Positions 24,101-35,870 of a stretch of 64,000 bases of DNA are shown here, in pieces. The stretch comes from Macrostomum hystrix (Eukaryota > Animalia > Platyhelminthes), in contig CATNEN010000032.1 of the NCBI GenBank assembly GCA_950097015.1, forward strand, positions 2,294,001 through 2,358,000. Direction: 5' to 3'. Under the pieces are notes generated by a model, which had not been told where the DNA came from, made no database searches, and was given only the letters and a program-made list of their open reading frames with translations. The number at the start of each line of letters is the position of its first letter. Within the stretch, counting starts at the first letter, position 1. Both the position numbers and the translations under genes were made by a program.

Positions 24101-27100
24101 ACAGTGTTTCTTCCCCAAACCAGTGTTTCTTCCCCAAACCAGTGTTTCTCCCCCAACAGTGTTTCTTCCCCAAACCAGTGTTTCTTCCCCAAACAAGTGT
24201 TTCTCCCCCAACAGTGTTTCTTCCCCAAACCACTGTTTCTCCCCCAACAGTGTTTCTTCCCCAATCCAGTGTTTCTCCCCCAACAGTGTTTCTTCCCCAA
24301 ACCAGTGTTTCTTCCCCAAACCAGTGTTTCTCCCCCAACAGTGTTTCTTCCCCAAACCAGTGTTTCTCCCCCAACAGTGTTTCTACCCCAAACCAGTGTT
24401 TCTCCCCCAACAGTGTTTCTCCCCCAAACCAGTGTTTCTCCCCCCACCAGTGTTTCTTCCCCAAACCAGTGTTTCTCCCCCAACAGTGTTTCTCCCCCAA
24501 ACCAGTGTTTCTCCCCCCACCAGTGTTTCTTCCCCACCAGTGTTTCTTCCCCCACCAGTGTTTCTTCCCCAACAGTGTTTCTCCCCCCACCAGTGTTTCT
24601 CCCCCCAGCAGTGTTTCTCCCCCAAACCAGGGTTTCTCCCCCACCAGTGTTTCTTCCCCACCAGTGTTTCTACCTCACCTGTCTTTCTCTCCCCACCAGT
24701 GTTTCTACCTCACCTGTCTTTCTCTCCCCACCAGTGTTTCTACCTCACCTGTCTTTCTCTCCCCACCAGTGTTTCTCCCTTTCCTGTCTTTCTCTCTAAG
24801 CGATAGTGAAATTTTTTTAGCGGATTACAATCGCCTATCACTGCTGCTCCCTTATGGGATTGTAAGTCACAAAACGCTTGCAAAACAGGTTTAACACGAC
24901 ACGTTCGCTGGAAAACTACGAAATTTATGAGCGAGCAAAATTTTGCGGAATGTAGCAACGCGATGTCTAACCGAACGCTGTTCGGACAGGTCATGGCATT
25001 GAATTTAATTTCCGATAGCTGCTAATGCACAGAGAGATTATCCTAACTAAAATACCTCGACCATAGGGATTAAGCGCAAAATTAGCCATCCTGCCAATAA
25101 ACAGGTAAAAATCACACAAGTACTCACTCCACTTTGGTTAGGCTCAGAACAACAGCCGGCCCGGTTTCATCGATGTAGAGACTCAACTGGAACGATGTTC
25201 TGAAGCTGACCTGCAAATCAACGAGACAGAAACTGTGAGACTGCGCCATATTGGCTGAGACAAGGGGTGAGATAGGGGGTGAGATAGGGGTGAGACTGCG
25301 CCACAATGGCTGAGATAAGGGCTGAGATAGGGGGTGAGATAGGGGGTGAGACTGCGCCATATTGGCTGAGATAATGGGTGAGATAGGGGGTGAGACTGCG
25401 CCACAATGGCTGAGATAAGGGCTGGGATAGGGGGTGAGATAGGGGGTGAGACTGCGCCACAATGGCTGAGATAAGGGGTGAGATAGGGGGTGAGACTGCG
25501 CCACAATGGCTGAGATAAGGGGTGAGATAGGGGGTGAGACTGCAGCATTCAGGATGAGACAAATGGTGAGATACTGGAGTGAGACTGCAGCATTCAGGAT
25601 GAGACAAATGGTGAGATACTGGAGTGAGACTGCAGCATTCAGGATGAGACAAATGGTGAGATACTGGAGTGAGACAGCTGAGAACACAAGTGCTGTGAAC
25701 TCTCACATAGGGTGGATTTATGAGGCAGTTCTTCAATGGCTCAACAGCGGCGGTTCTGCAGACAACATAGGTGGCGGTGAAGACCCGGTAGCCGAGAATG
25801 GCTCGGCTCTCAACCATGGCATTCGTAACAGAGACATCCGCCCGGCAGCTGGACAGACACACGGGCCAGTTCTTGCAGTGACAGCGGAACTCGCCCGCCT
25901 CAACCGATATGGCCACGGCCGCAGCTGGGGGGAATCGAAGGAGAAGGGCATTGTGAGAGAATAAATCACTGCGACCTCATGAGAGAAAAATGACCCCACT
26001 GCGATCCCATGACTGAAGAATAACCTCAATGCGATTCCATGACTGAAGAATAACCTCAATGCGATTCCATGACTGAAGAATAACCTCAATGCGATCCCAT
26101 GACTGAAGAATAACCTCAATGCAATCCCATGACTGAAGAATAACCTCAATGCAATCCCATGACTGAAAAATGACCCCACTGCGATCCCATGACTGAAAAA
26201 TGACCCCACTGCGATCCCATGACTGAAAAATGACCTCAATGCGACCTCATGACAGGAAAATAACCCCACTGCGATCCCATGACTGAAAAGTGACCCCACT
26301 GCGACCTCATGACAGTAAAATAACCCCACTGCGATCCCATGACTGAAGAATGACCCCACTGCGATCCCATGACTGAAAAATGACCCCACTGCGATCCCAT
26401 GACTGAAAAATGACCTCAATGCGACCTCATGACAGGAAAATAACCCCACTGCGATCCCATGACTGAAGAATGACCCCACTGCGACCTCATGACAGCAAAA
26501 TAACCCCATCGCGATCCCATGACTGAAGAATGACCCCACTGCGATCACATGACTGAAGATTAACCCCACTGCGATCCCATGACTGAAGAATGACCTCAAT
26601 GCGATCCCATGACTGAAAAGTGACCCTACTGCGACCTCATGACAGGAAAATAACCCCACTGCGATCCCATGACTGAAGAATAACCCCACTGCGATCCCAT
26701 GACTGAAGAATGACCCCACTGCGATCCCATGACTGAAAAATGACCCCACTGCGATCCCATGACTGAAAAATGACCTCAATGCGACCTCATGACAGGAAAA
26801 TAACCCCACTGCGATCCCATGACTGAAGAATGACCCCACTGCGATCCCATGACTGAAGATTAACCCCACTGCGATCCCATGACTGAAGAATGACCTCAAT
26901 GCGACCTCGTGACAGGAAAATAACCCCACCGCGATCCCATGACTGAAGAATGACCCCACTGCGATCACATGACTGAAGATTAACCCCACTGCGATCCCAT
27001 GACTGAAAAGTGACCCTACTGCGACCTCATGACAGGAAAATAACCCCACTGCGATCCCATGACTGAAGAATAACCCCACTGCGATCACATGACTGAAGAT

Positions 27101-30100
27101 TAACCCCACTGCGATCCCATGACTGAAAAGTGACCCTACTGCGACCTCATGACAGGAAAATAACCCCACTGCGATCCCATGACTGAAGAATAACCCCACT
27201 GCGATCCCATGACTGAAGAATGACCCCACTGCGATCCCATGACTGAAAAATGACCCCACTGCGATCCCATGACTGAAGAATGACCTCAATGCGACCTCAT
27301 GACCGGAAAATAACCCCACTGCGATCCCATGACTGAAAAATGACCCCACTGCGATCCCATGACTGAAGAATGACCTCAATGCGACCTCATGACCGGAAAA
27401 TAACCCCACTGCGATCCCATGACTGAAAAATGACCCCACTGCGATCCCATGACTGAAAAATGACCCCACTGCGATCCCATGACTGAAAAATGACCCCACT
27501 GCGATCCCATGACTGAAAAATGACCCCACTGCGATCCCATGACTTAAGAATGACCCCACTGCGATCCCATGACTGAAAAATGACCCCACTGCGATCCCAT
27601 GACTGAAGAATTAGCTGCGTGTCATCCCAGACTAAAAATTATTCAACCGCAAATCGGTGATTAAAAAATGACCGGACGTTCTAAATTAACTAAACAAAAA
27701 CTTAATTAGAAGTTTTGTGTTGAATTTTGTGTAAACATAGTTCTATAAAGTGTATGCGATTGTATGGAGATAACAAGCAGACGTATATATTACTATATGA
27801 ACAGCGCAGAGAAATTTTAGGCGTTAAAACGTTTTACAAACAAACCGAATCAACTCTGATAAACTACAATGCAAACAGAACTTTTGATTAAAGCATGAAC
27901 ACACTTGACATTGTACTACAGGGTCATCTTGATGTTCACTCTGGTCTTTATGGTAAGATGAGACTGTGATAGAGACACGGAGAGAGGGAAAGACTGAGAT
28001 AGTGACACGGAGAGAGGGTGAGACTGAGATAGTGACACGGAGAGAGGGTGAGACTGAGATAGAGACACGGAGAGAGGGTGAGACTGAGATAGAGACACGG
28101 AGAGACGGTGAGACTGAGATAGAGACACGGAGAGAGGAAAGACTGAGTTAGAGACACGGAGAGAGGGTGAGACTGAGATAGAGAAAACGGAGAGAGGATG
28201 AGACTGAGATAGAGACACGGAGAGAGGGTGAGACTGAGATAGAGACACAGAGAGAGGGTGAGACTGAGATAGAGACACGGAGAGAGGGTGAAGACTGAGA
28301 TAGAGACACAGAGAGAGGGTGAGACTGAGATAGAGACACGGAGAGAGGGTGAGACTGAGATAGAGACACGGAGAGAGGGTGAGAATGAGATAGAGACACG
28401 GAGAGAGGAAAGACTGAGTTAGAGACACGGAGAGAGGGTGAGACTGAGATAGAGACACGGAGAGAGGGTGAGACTGAGATAGTGACACGGAGAGAGGGAA
28501 AGACTGAGATAGAGACACAGAGAGAGGGTGAGACTGAGATAGAGACACGGAGAGAGGGTGAGACTGAGATAGAGACACAGAGAGAGGGTGAGACTGAGAT
28601 AGAGACACGGAGAGAGGGTGAGACTGAGATAGAGACACAGAGAGAGGGTGAGACTGAGATAGAGACACGGAGAGAGGGGAAAGACTGAGATAGAGACACG
28701 GAGAGAGGGTGAGACTGAGATAGAGACACGGAGAGAGACACGGGAAAGACTGAGTTAGAGACACGGAGAGAGGGTGAGACTGAGATAGAGACACGGAGAG
28801 AGGGTGAGACTGAGATAGAGACACGGAGAGAGGGTGAGAGATACCGTAAGATCTTAATAATGCCTTCGAGAAAGCAAATTGAATTGGAAATGGTATCAAA
28901 ATGTGCTGCAGCTGAAATTATCTACAAATTTAGGCCAAAACTACTGCAAAGCAATAAGCAAGTTAATCACTTATTGAACAAGCTGAATCGTCTAACAATC
29001 CTAATAATCAGTCGTTACCACTGGTTCCCAGTGGCCCTATAATTTGTATATTTACAATTGCAGACGAAAAACACGAAGGTTGAATTGGCCGCCTTTTTGG
29101 TTCAAATGTAATCCAAGCCAATGGCCCAGTTGAATTTTATGTGGATTATATAAGTTTTATGATGGAGTCGGATAGAAACTAAGTGGGCAATAAACACAAT
29201 TGCGCCATCATAAACACGCAATCGGGACTTTATTAGCAGTAGATTCAAGAGAGAGGGAGCCATAAATCTAGTGGCAATTAATTATGACTGAAGTCTTATA
29301 TTATAGCCCACGCTGCATTGTTAAAAATTTGATGGAGCTGATGAAAATTGTGAATTCTAGGGACGCATGTTTCAGCCTGTCTGTGAGAAACATGAGAGAC
29401 ACGGTATGAGAAATGTGAGATATGCACGATGAGAAATGTGAGAGATACAAGATGAGAAATGTGATATATACATGATTAGAAATGTGAGATACACAAGATG
29501 AGAAATGTGAGAGATACAAGATGAGAAATGTGAGAGATACACGATGAGAAATTTGAGAGATACAATATGAGAAATGTGAGAGACACGGTATGAGAAATGT
29601 GAGAGACACACGATAAGAAATGTGAGAGACACACGATAAGAAATGTGAGAGACACACGATAAGAAATGTGAGAGATACAATATGAGAAATGTGAGAGACA
29701 CACGATAAGAAATGTGAGAGACACACGATAAGAAATGTGAGAGACACACGATAAGAAATGTGAGAGATACACGATGAGAAATTTGAGAGATACAAGATGA
29801 GAAATGTGAGAGATACACGATGAGAAATGTGAGAGATACACGATGAGAAATGTGAAAGATACACGATGAGAAATGTGAGAGATACGAGATGAGAAATGTG
29901 AGAGATACGAGATGAGAAATGTGAGAGATACACGATGAGAAATGTGAGAGATACACGATGAGAAATGTGAAAGATACGAGATGAGAAATGTGAGAGATAC
30001 GAGATGAGAAATGTGAGAGATACGAGATGAGAAATGTGAGAGATACGAGATGAGAAATGTGAGAGATACGAGATGAGAAATGTGAGAGATACGAGATGAG

Positions 30101-33100
30101 CATACATGAGACCATTGAGAGACACTACAGGAGTACAGACTAGCAGTCGATTGTTGCAGACGAAATGAAGACGAGTAAAAGTAAAAATCTACATAAAAAA
30201 GACACAAAAAATCTAAGGAAAAGGTCAGGGATGGTAGAGGGTAGACGGTAATCAAATAAAAGGGCCACAAACCAACCCAGAAGTTGCAGTAGGAAACAAA
30301 AAATGAAAATAAAGGAAATAGAAGAAATAAGAACCTACAATAAAATACAAAGCTAGCAGACAGATGCTGCAGTGCAGCGGAGATGCAGCGAAGGGTAGCT
30401 ACCATGCTGGCTACCATGCTGAAAGTGTGCCTTGCTAACTGCAAAAGCTGTAAAAAATATGCAGTCGCACGCCAGACTTTGACTGTGGCCTGGTTTCAGG
30501 ATTCTGACTGTGAGCTAGAAAGCATGCTTGCAGCAGTTTGCACAGGCTGAACTATATAGGTTTCCTTTATGTTATAAAATAATTTAGTAATGCTGACTAA
30601 CTAACCAAGAATAAAATGCTTTTATTGACATTGTGCACAAAATCTCTTATTCTGTGCTGCTTTACAGGCTTCAAAACTTGCTCGAGTCGAAACCCAACAA
30701 GCTCGAGTCGAAACCCCACAAGCTCGAGTCGAAACCCAACAAGCTCGAGTCGAAACCCAACAAGCTCGAGTCGAAACCCAACAAGCTCGAGTCGAAACCC
30801 AACAAGCTCGAGTCGAAACCCAACAAGCTCGAGTCGAAACCCAACAAGCTCGAGTCGAAACCCCACAAGCTCGAGTCGAAACCCAACAAGCTCGAGTCGA
30901 AACCCAACAAGCTCGAGTCGAAACCAACAAGCTCGAGTCGAAACCAACAAGCTCGAGTCGAAACCCAACAGGCTCGAGTCGAAACTTCCGACGTTCGAGT
31001 CGAAAACTACCAATCTCGAAGCGAAACATCACAATCTCGAGTCGAAAGTCGAAACCTCATAATCTATAGTCGAAAGTCGAAACCTCACAATCTCGAGACG
31101 AAATTCGAAACCTCACAATCTCGAGACGAAATTCGAAACCTCACAAGTTCAAGTCGAAACCTCCGAAGTTCGAGTCGAAACCTCACAATCTCGAGTCGAA
31201 ATCTCACAATCTCGAGTCGAAATCTCACAATCTCGAGTCGAAACCTCACAATCTCGAGTCGAAACCTCACAATCTCGAGTCGAAACCTCACAATCTCGAG
31301 TCGAAACCTCACAATCTCGAGTCGAAACCCAACAAGCTCGAGTCGAAACCCAACAAGCTCGAGTCGAAACTTCCGACGTTCGAGTCGAAACCTCACAATC
31401 TCGAAGCGAAACCTCACAATCTCGAGTCGAAAGTCGAAACCTCATAATCTATAGTCGAAAGTCGAAACCTCACAATCTCGAGTCGAAAGTCGAAACCTCA
31501 CAAGTTCGAGTCGAAACCTCCGACGTTCGAGTCGAAACCTCACAATCTCGAGTCGAAATCTCACAATCTCGAGTCGAAATCTGACAATCTCGAGTCGAAA
31601 TCTCACAATCTCGAGTCGAAATCTCACAATCTCGAGTCGAAACCTCACAATCTCAAGTCGAAACCTCACAATCTCGAGTCGAAAGTCGAAACCTCACAAG
31701 TTCGAGTCGAAACCTCCGAAGTTCGAGTCGAAACATCACAATCTCGAGACGAAATTCGAAACCTCACAAGTTCAAGTCGAAACCTCCGAAGTTCGAGTCG
31801 AAACCTCACAATCTCGAGTCGAAACCTCACAAGTTCGAGTCGAAACCTCCGAAGTTCGAGTCGAAACCTCACAATCTCGAGTCGAAACCTCACAAGTTCG
31901 AGTCGAAACCTCCGAAGTTCGAGTCGAAACCTCACAATCTCGAGTCGAAACCTCACATGCCCAAGCTTAAAAAATGTAGGATGCCTGCGAAGCTCGAAAA
32001 GAAGGCCGTAGGGATGCCAGTGCACTAGACCAGGACGTAAAAAAGCAGTTTCCTGCCCGAAAAACACCCCTCCCCACACGCTAATAAAAGTTTTGGCGGG
32101 GGGTGGGGTCGGTATTACAGCGATAGCCTAGAGAAGAACAGAATAAGCCAGATAAGACAGGGCTGCTGCAACAGTGAGAGAGAAACAGACAGAGAGAGAG
32201 CAGGAGAAAGGGGAGGCAAGGTAGGTAACACAGCATCAGCTCCGCCACAAAAGCATATTGTGCGACCCGTGGCAGGCAAGCGGCGGCGGCGGCGGCCGCC
32301 ATGTGAGAGTCAAGAAAGGCGGCTTTGGTCTGTTTAGGGTGTCATAAATCTTCCACTAGGGCCAGCCCGGTCCGCCGCCAAAGCCGTATTTAGGGGGTTT
32401 ATGTTGTGGGGAGGTCGGGTTTTATGTCTGACTGTCTCTCTGGATTGCGCGAACACACGCGGCCATGGGAGCCCGCCACTTTATCTCAGACTATCTGCGG
32501 GGACCTTATAGTAGCTATCTATAGACTATAGTCATAGATCCCTGGCTAGATAGGGGAATTCCCTTAGCCACTGATACCACACACCAAAGCCTGTTTGTGT
32601 CTCTCAGCATGAGTCACTTTTTTTTAAGAGAGAGAGAAATAAATTGCAGATAGCCTGGGAAAATCAATATGTAAAGGGATTGAAACATTAAGTGTACCAG
32701 CCTCTTAAAAAATGGCATCGATTGCAATTGATGCGGGACGAGCTGGTTGTCTTTTATTTGGTTCCTGTTGTTCCAGGAGTTCCTGCTGCTTTAGCTGCTA
32801 GCTTTTTTATGACACTGAGCAACCCTTTTCCGGGAAATTTGTGCTTCACTGTTAAAATTAGTTCGTTCTTTAAAAAAGTTTTCCGCTTAGAAGACTCCTA
32901 AAAGATTTAGTTTTTTTGCCTTGATTCGATTTCCTGACTAAGTAAGTCTATCTGTGTCTGCGTGTGTCTGTTATTCGCAAAAGGCTAATTAGATGTTTAG
33001 GGCCCATCAAAGAGTTATGAAACTTAGAAAATTTGCATTTATCTGATCCTCACTGATCGATCGCTTTCTAACTGGCCTATGTTTTGAGGTCAAATAGCAA

Positions 33101-35870
33101 AGATATGATACAGGCACTTCTTGGAGATTAGCTTAAATTATAGTTTGCCAAAACACAAAGCCTCATTGGTCAGTGTATGGTACAAATCTAAGATCCCACT
33201 TTAAAGTGAAGCTAGACTAGATCCCAAAGTGAAGCCAGTCTAGATCCCAAAATGAAGCCAGTCTAGATCCCAAAGTGAAGCTAGTCTAGATCCCAAAGTG
33301 AAGCCAGTCTAGGTCCCAAAGTGAAGCCAGTCTAGATCCCAAAGTGAAGCCAGTCTAGATCCCAAAGTAAGGCCAGTCTAGATCCCCAAAGTGAAGCCAG
33401 TCTAGATCCCAAAATGAAGCCAGTCTAGATCCCAAAATGAAGCCAGTCTAGATCCCAAAGTGAAGCTAGTCTAGATCCCAAAGTGAAGCCTGTCTTAGAT
33501 CCCAAAGTGAAGCCAGTCTAGATCCCAAAGTGAAGCCAGTCTAGATCCCAAAGTGAAGCCAGTCTAGATCCCAAAGTGAAGCCTGTCTTAGATCCCAAAG
33601 TGAAGCCAGTCTAGATCCCAAAGTGAAGCCTGTCTTAGATCCCAAAGTAAGGCCAGTCTAGATCCCAAAGTGAAGCCAGTCTTAGATCCCAAAGTGAAGC
33701 CAGTCTAGATCCCAAAGTGAAGCCAGTCTAGATCCCAAAGTGAAGCCTGTCTTAGATCCCAAAGTGAAGCCAGTCTAGATCCCAAAGTGAAGCCAGTCTA
33801 GATCCCAAAGTGAAGCCAGTCTAGGTCCCAAAGTGAAGCCAGTCTAGATCCCAAAGTGAAGCCAGTCTAGATCCCAAAGTGAAGCCAGTCTAGATCCCAA
33901 AGTGAAGCCAGTCTAGATACCAAAGTGAAGCCAGTCTAGATCCCAAAGTGAAGCCAGTCTAGATCCCAAAGTAAGGCCAGTCTAGATCCCAAAGTGAAGC
34001 CAGTCTAGATCCCAAAGTGAAGCCAGTCTAGATCCCAAAGTGAAGCCAGTCTAGATCCCAAAGTGAAGCCAGTCTAGATCCCAAAGTGAAGCCAGTCTAG
34101 ATCCCAAAGTGAAGCCAGTCTTAGATCCCAAAGTGAAGCCAGTCTTAGATCCCAAAGTGAAGCCAGTCTAGATCCCAAAGTGAAGCCAGTCTAGATCCCA
34201 AAGTGAAGCCAGTCTAGATCCCAAAGTGAAGCCAGTCTAGATCCCAAAGTGAAGCCAGTCTAGATCCCAAAGTGAAGCCAGTCTAGATCCCAAAGTGAAG
34301 CCAGTCTAGATCCCAAAGTGAAGCCAGTCTAGATCCCAAAGTGAAGCCAGTCTAGATCCCAAAGTGAAGCCAGTCTAGATCCCAAAGTGAAGCCAGTCTA
34401 GATCCCAAAGTGAAGCCAGTCTAGATCCCAAAGTGAAGCCAGTCTAGATCCCAAAGTGAAGCCAGTCTAGATCCCAAAGTGAAGCCAGTCTAGATCCCCA
34501 AAGTGAAGCCAGTCTAGATCCCAAAGTGAAGCCAGTCTAGATCCCAAAGTGAAGCCAGTCTAGATCCCAAAGTGAAGCCAGTCTAGATCCCAAAGTGAAG
34601 CCTGTCTTAGATCCCAAAGTGAAGCCAGTCTAGATCCCAAAGTGAAGCCTGTCTTAGATCCCAAAGTAAGGCCAGTCTAGATCCCAAAGTGAAGCCAGTC
34701 TTAGATCCCAAAGTGAAGCCAGTCTAGATCCCAAAGTGAAGCCAGTCTAGATCCCAAAGTGAAGCCAGTCTAGATCCCAAAGTGAAGCCAGTCTAGATCC
34801 CAAAGTGAAGCCAGTCTAGATCCCAAAATGAAGCCAGTCTAGATCCCAAAGTGAAGCCAGTCTAGGTCCCAAAGTGAAGCCAGTCTAGATCCCAAAGTGA
34901 AGCCAGTCTAGATCCCAAAGTGAAGCCAGTCTAGATCCCAAAGTGAAGCCAGTCTAGATCCCAAAGTGAAGCCAGTCTAGATCCCAAAGTGAAGCCAGTC
35001 TAGATCCCAAAGTGAAGCCTGTCTAGATCCCAAAGTGAAGCCAGTCTAGATCCCAAAGTGAAGCCAGTCTAGATCCCAAAGTGAAGCCAGTCTAGATCCC
35101 AAAGTGAAGCCAGTCTAGATCCCAAAGTGAAGCCAGTCTAGATCCCAAAGTGAAGCCAGTCTAGATCCCAAAGTGAAGCCAGTCTAGATCCCAAAGTGAA
35201 GCCAGTCTAGATCCCAAAGTGAAGCCAGTCTAGATCCCAAAGTGAAGCCTGTCTTAGATCCCAAAGTGAAGCCAGTCTAGATCCCAAAGTGAAGCCAGTC
35301 TAGATCCCAAAGTGAAGCCAGTCTAGGTCCCAAAGTGAAGCCAGTCTAGATCCCAAAGTGAAGCCAGTCTAGATCCCAAAATGAAGCCAGTCTAGATCCC
35401 AAAGTGAAGCCAGTCTAGATCCCAAAGTGAAGCCTGTCTTAGATCCCAAAGTGAAGCCAGTCTAGATCCCAAAGTGAAGCCAGTCTAGATCCCAAAGTGA
35501 AGCCAGTCTAGATCCCAAAGTGAAGCCAGTCTAGATCCCAAAGTGAAGCCTGTCTTAGATCCCAAAGTGAAGCCAGTCTAGATCCCAAAGTGAAGCCAGT
35601 CTAGATCCCAAAGTGAAGCCAGTCTAGATCCCAAAGTGAAGCCAGTCTAGATCCCAAAGTGAAGCCTGTCTTAGATCCCAAAGTGAAGCCAGTCTAGATC
35701 CCAAAGTGAAGCCAGTCTAGATCCCAAAGTGAAGCCAGTCACAGTAATAAAGAGATTTGCTGAAGTCAAAGAATTGATCAAATTAAAATAAAAAACTTAC
35801 AAGTTAATATGCTGGCCACTAAAAGCGACAGCAGAGACCACCTTTGAAGTAACCGCCGGCAGTCCATCAT
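9183..35870 (-). CDS. Non-catalytic ADAM (ADAM11/22/23- or UNC-71-like architecture), 8 exons, ~1162 aa
   Basis: Phase-consistent GT-AG exons: 35870-35801, 25924-25707, 25210-25128, 18817-18358, 18013-17592, 12600-11589, 11281-10704, 9828-9183 (3489 nt). Signal peptide MMDCRRLLQRWSLLSLLVASILTSAAVA; prodomain CFYEGSIVGDPDSHAFVDVC; metalloprotease strand SVIIDHSLF; disintegrin CGNGKLERSEECD and CREAVNDCDLPELC; EGF CSGRGVC...CLCQPGWSGAAC; TM IIAGAVVLALVLAGFVAF; low-complexity cytoplasmic tail. Confidence 0.88.
9938..10668. repeat. 37-bp minisatellite AAAGAGTGTCTCTAGATCAGGCAGTGCATATCTAAGA, ADAM intron 7
   Basis: Period of 37 (TCTCTAGATC at 9941 and 9978); ~20 units. Confidence 0.95.
11425..11545. 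repeat. Degenerate 16-bp repeat CTTTAGTATTGATGTA, ADAM intron 6
   Basis: About 7 imperfect units. Confidence 0.75.
12660..13345. repeat. 20-bp minisatellite GTGCCTAGATTCATCCAAGA, ADAM intron 5
   Basis: Direct periodicity, ~34 units. Confidence 0.95.
14145..17540. repeat. 24-bp minisatellite ATGACCAAACCCTCCGTCAGTTCG with variants, ~3.4 kb, ADAM intron 5
   Basis: Produces 8-aa-period ORFs in several frames (MTKPSVSS, DQTLRQF, VIELTEGL). Confidence 0.97.
18135..18345. repeat. 34-bp minisatellite ATGGGAAATATGGGATGGATGAATGAAACAGTCT, ADAM intron 4
   Basis: Period of 34 (18179, 18213); ~6 units. Confidence 0.9.
18870..19290. repeat. 45-bp G-rich minisatellite GGGTGGTGGGTTGATGGGATTCACACCGGGAGTGAGTGTACATTG, ADAM intron 3
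   Basis: 15-aa-period ORFs; ~9 units. Confidence 0.95.
20280..20947. repeat. 24-bp minisatellite ACCAAATCTAAAGTCTACTATCTC, ADAM intron 3
   Basis: IVDFRFGE-period ORF; ~27 units. Confidence 0.95.
21735..22265. repeat. 20-bp minisatellite TCTGTCACTCTCAGTCTCAT, ADAM intron 3
   Basis: Direct periodicity. Confidence 0.95.
23110..24795. repeat. 16-18-bp minisatellite CCCCACCAGTGTTTCT(T/C) with interspersed longer variants, ADAM intron 3
   Basis: Direct periodicity; source of many spurious ORFs on both strands. Confidence 0.95.
25235..25680. repeat. Two adjacent arrays in ADAM intron 2: GGGGTGAGACTGCGCCACAATGGCTGAGATAA-type, then a 45-bp unit x3
   Basis: Direct reading; ETAAFRMRQMVRYWS occurs three times in the ORF track. 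Confidence 0.9.
25970..27610. repeat. 30-bp minisatellite GACTGAAAAATGACCCCACTGCGATCCCAT, ADAM intron 1
   Basis: 10-aa-period ORF (SFFSHGIAVG); ~54 units. Confidence 0.97.
27960..28840. repeat. 30-bp purine-rich minisatellite GAGACTGAGATAGAGACACGGAGAGAGGGT, ADAM intron 1
   Basis: Direct periodicity. Confidence 0.95.
29390..30105. repeat. 23-bp minisatellite ATGAGAAATGTGAGAGATACGAG, ADAM intron 1
   Basis: Period of 23 (29981, 30004). Confidence 0.95.
30680..31958. repeat. 21-bp CpG-rich minisatellite CTCGAGTCGAAACCCAACAAG / CTCGAGTCGAAACCTCACAAT, ADAM intron 1
   Basis: 7-aa-period ORFs (SSSRNPT, FRLEIVR). Confidence 0.95.
33210..35740. repeat. 23-bp minisatellite CTAGATCCCAAAGTGAAGCCAGT, ~110 units, ADAM intron 1
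   Basis: Direct periodicity; ends ~60 nt from the exon 1 donor at 35800. Confidence 0.97.

Noticed and set aside
23008-24894. 570-580 aa Pro/Phe/Cys-rich ORFs
   Set aside because: Translations of a stop-free 16-18-bp minisatellite in all frames.
25733-31669. 618-aa SFFSHGIAVG ORF and other periodic ORFs in ADAM intron 1
   Set aside because: Minisatellite translations; the real exon at 25924-25707 uses another frame with valid splice sites.
32081-32302. Hydrophobic 73-aa ORF as the ADAM signal-peptide exon
   Set aside because: No good phase-1 donor, whereas 35870-35801 has ATG, a signal peptide and T|GTAAGT in the required phase.
33210-35740. CRISPR-like arrays, here and at other repeats
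   Set aside because: Head-to-tail units with no unique spacers, no cas genes, and a eukaryotic context.
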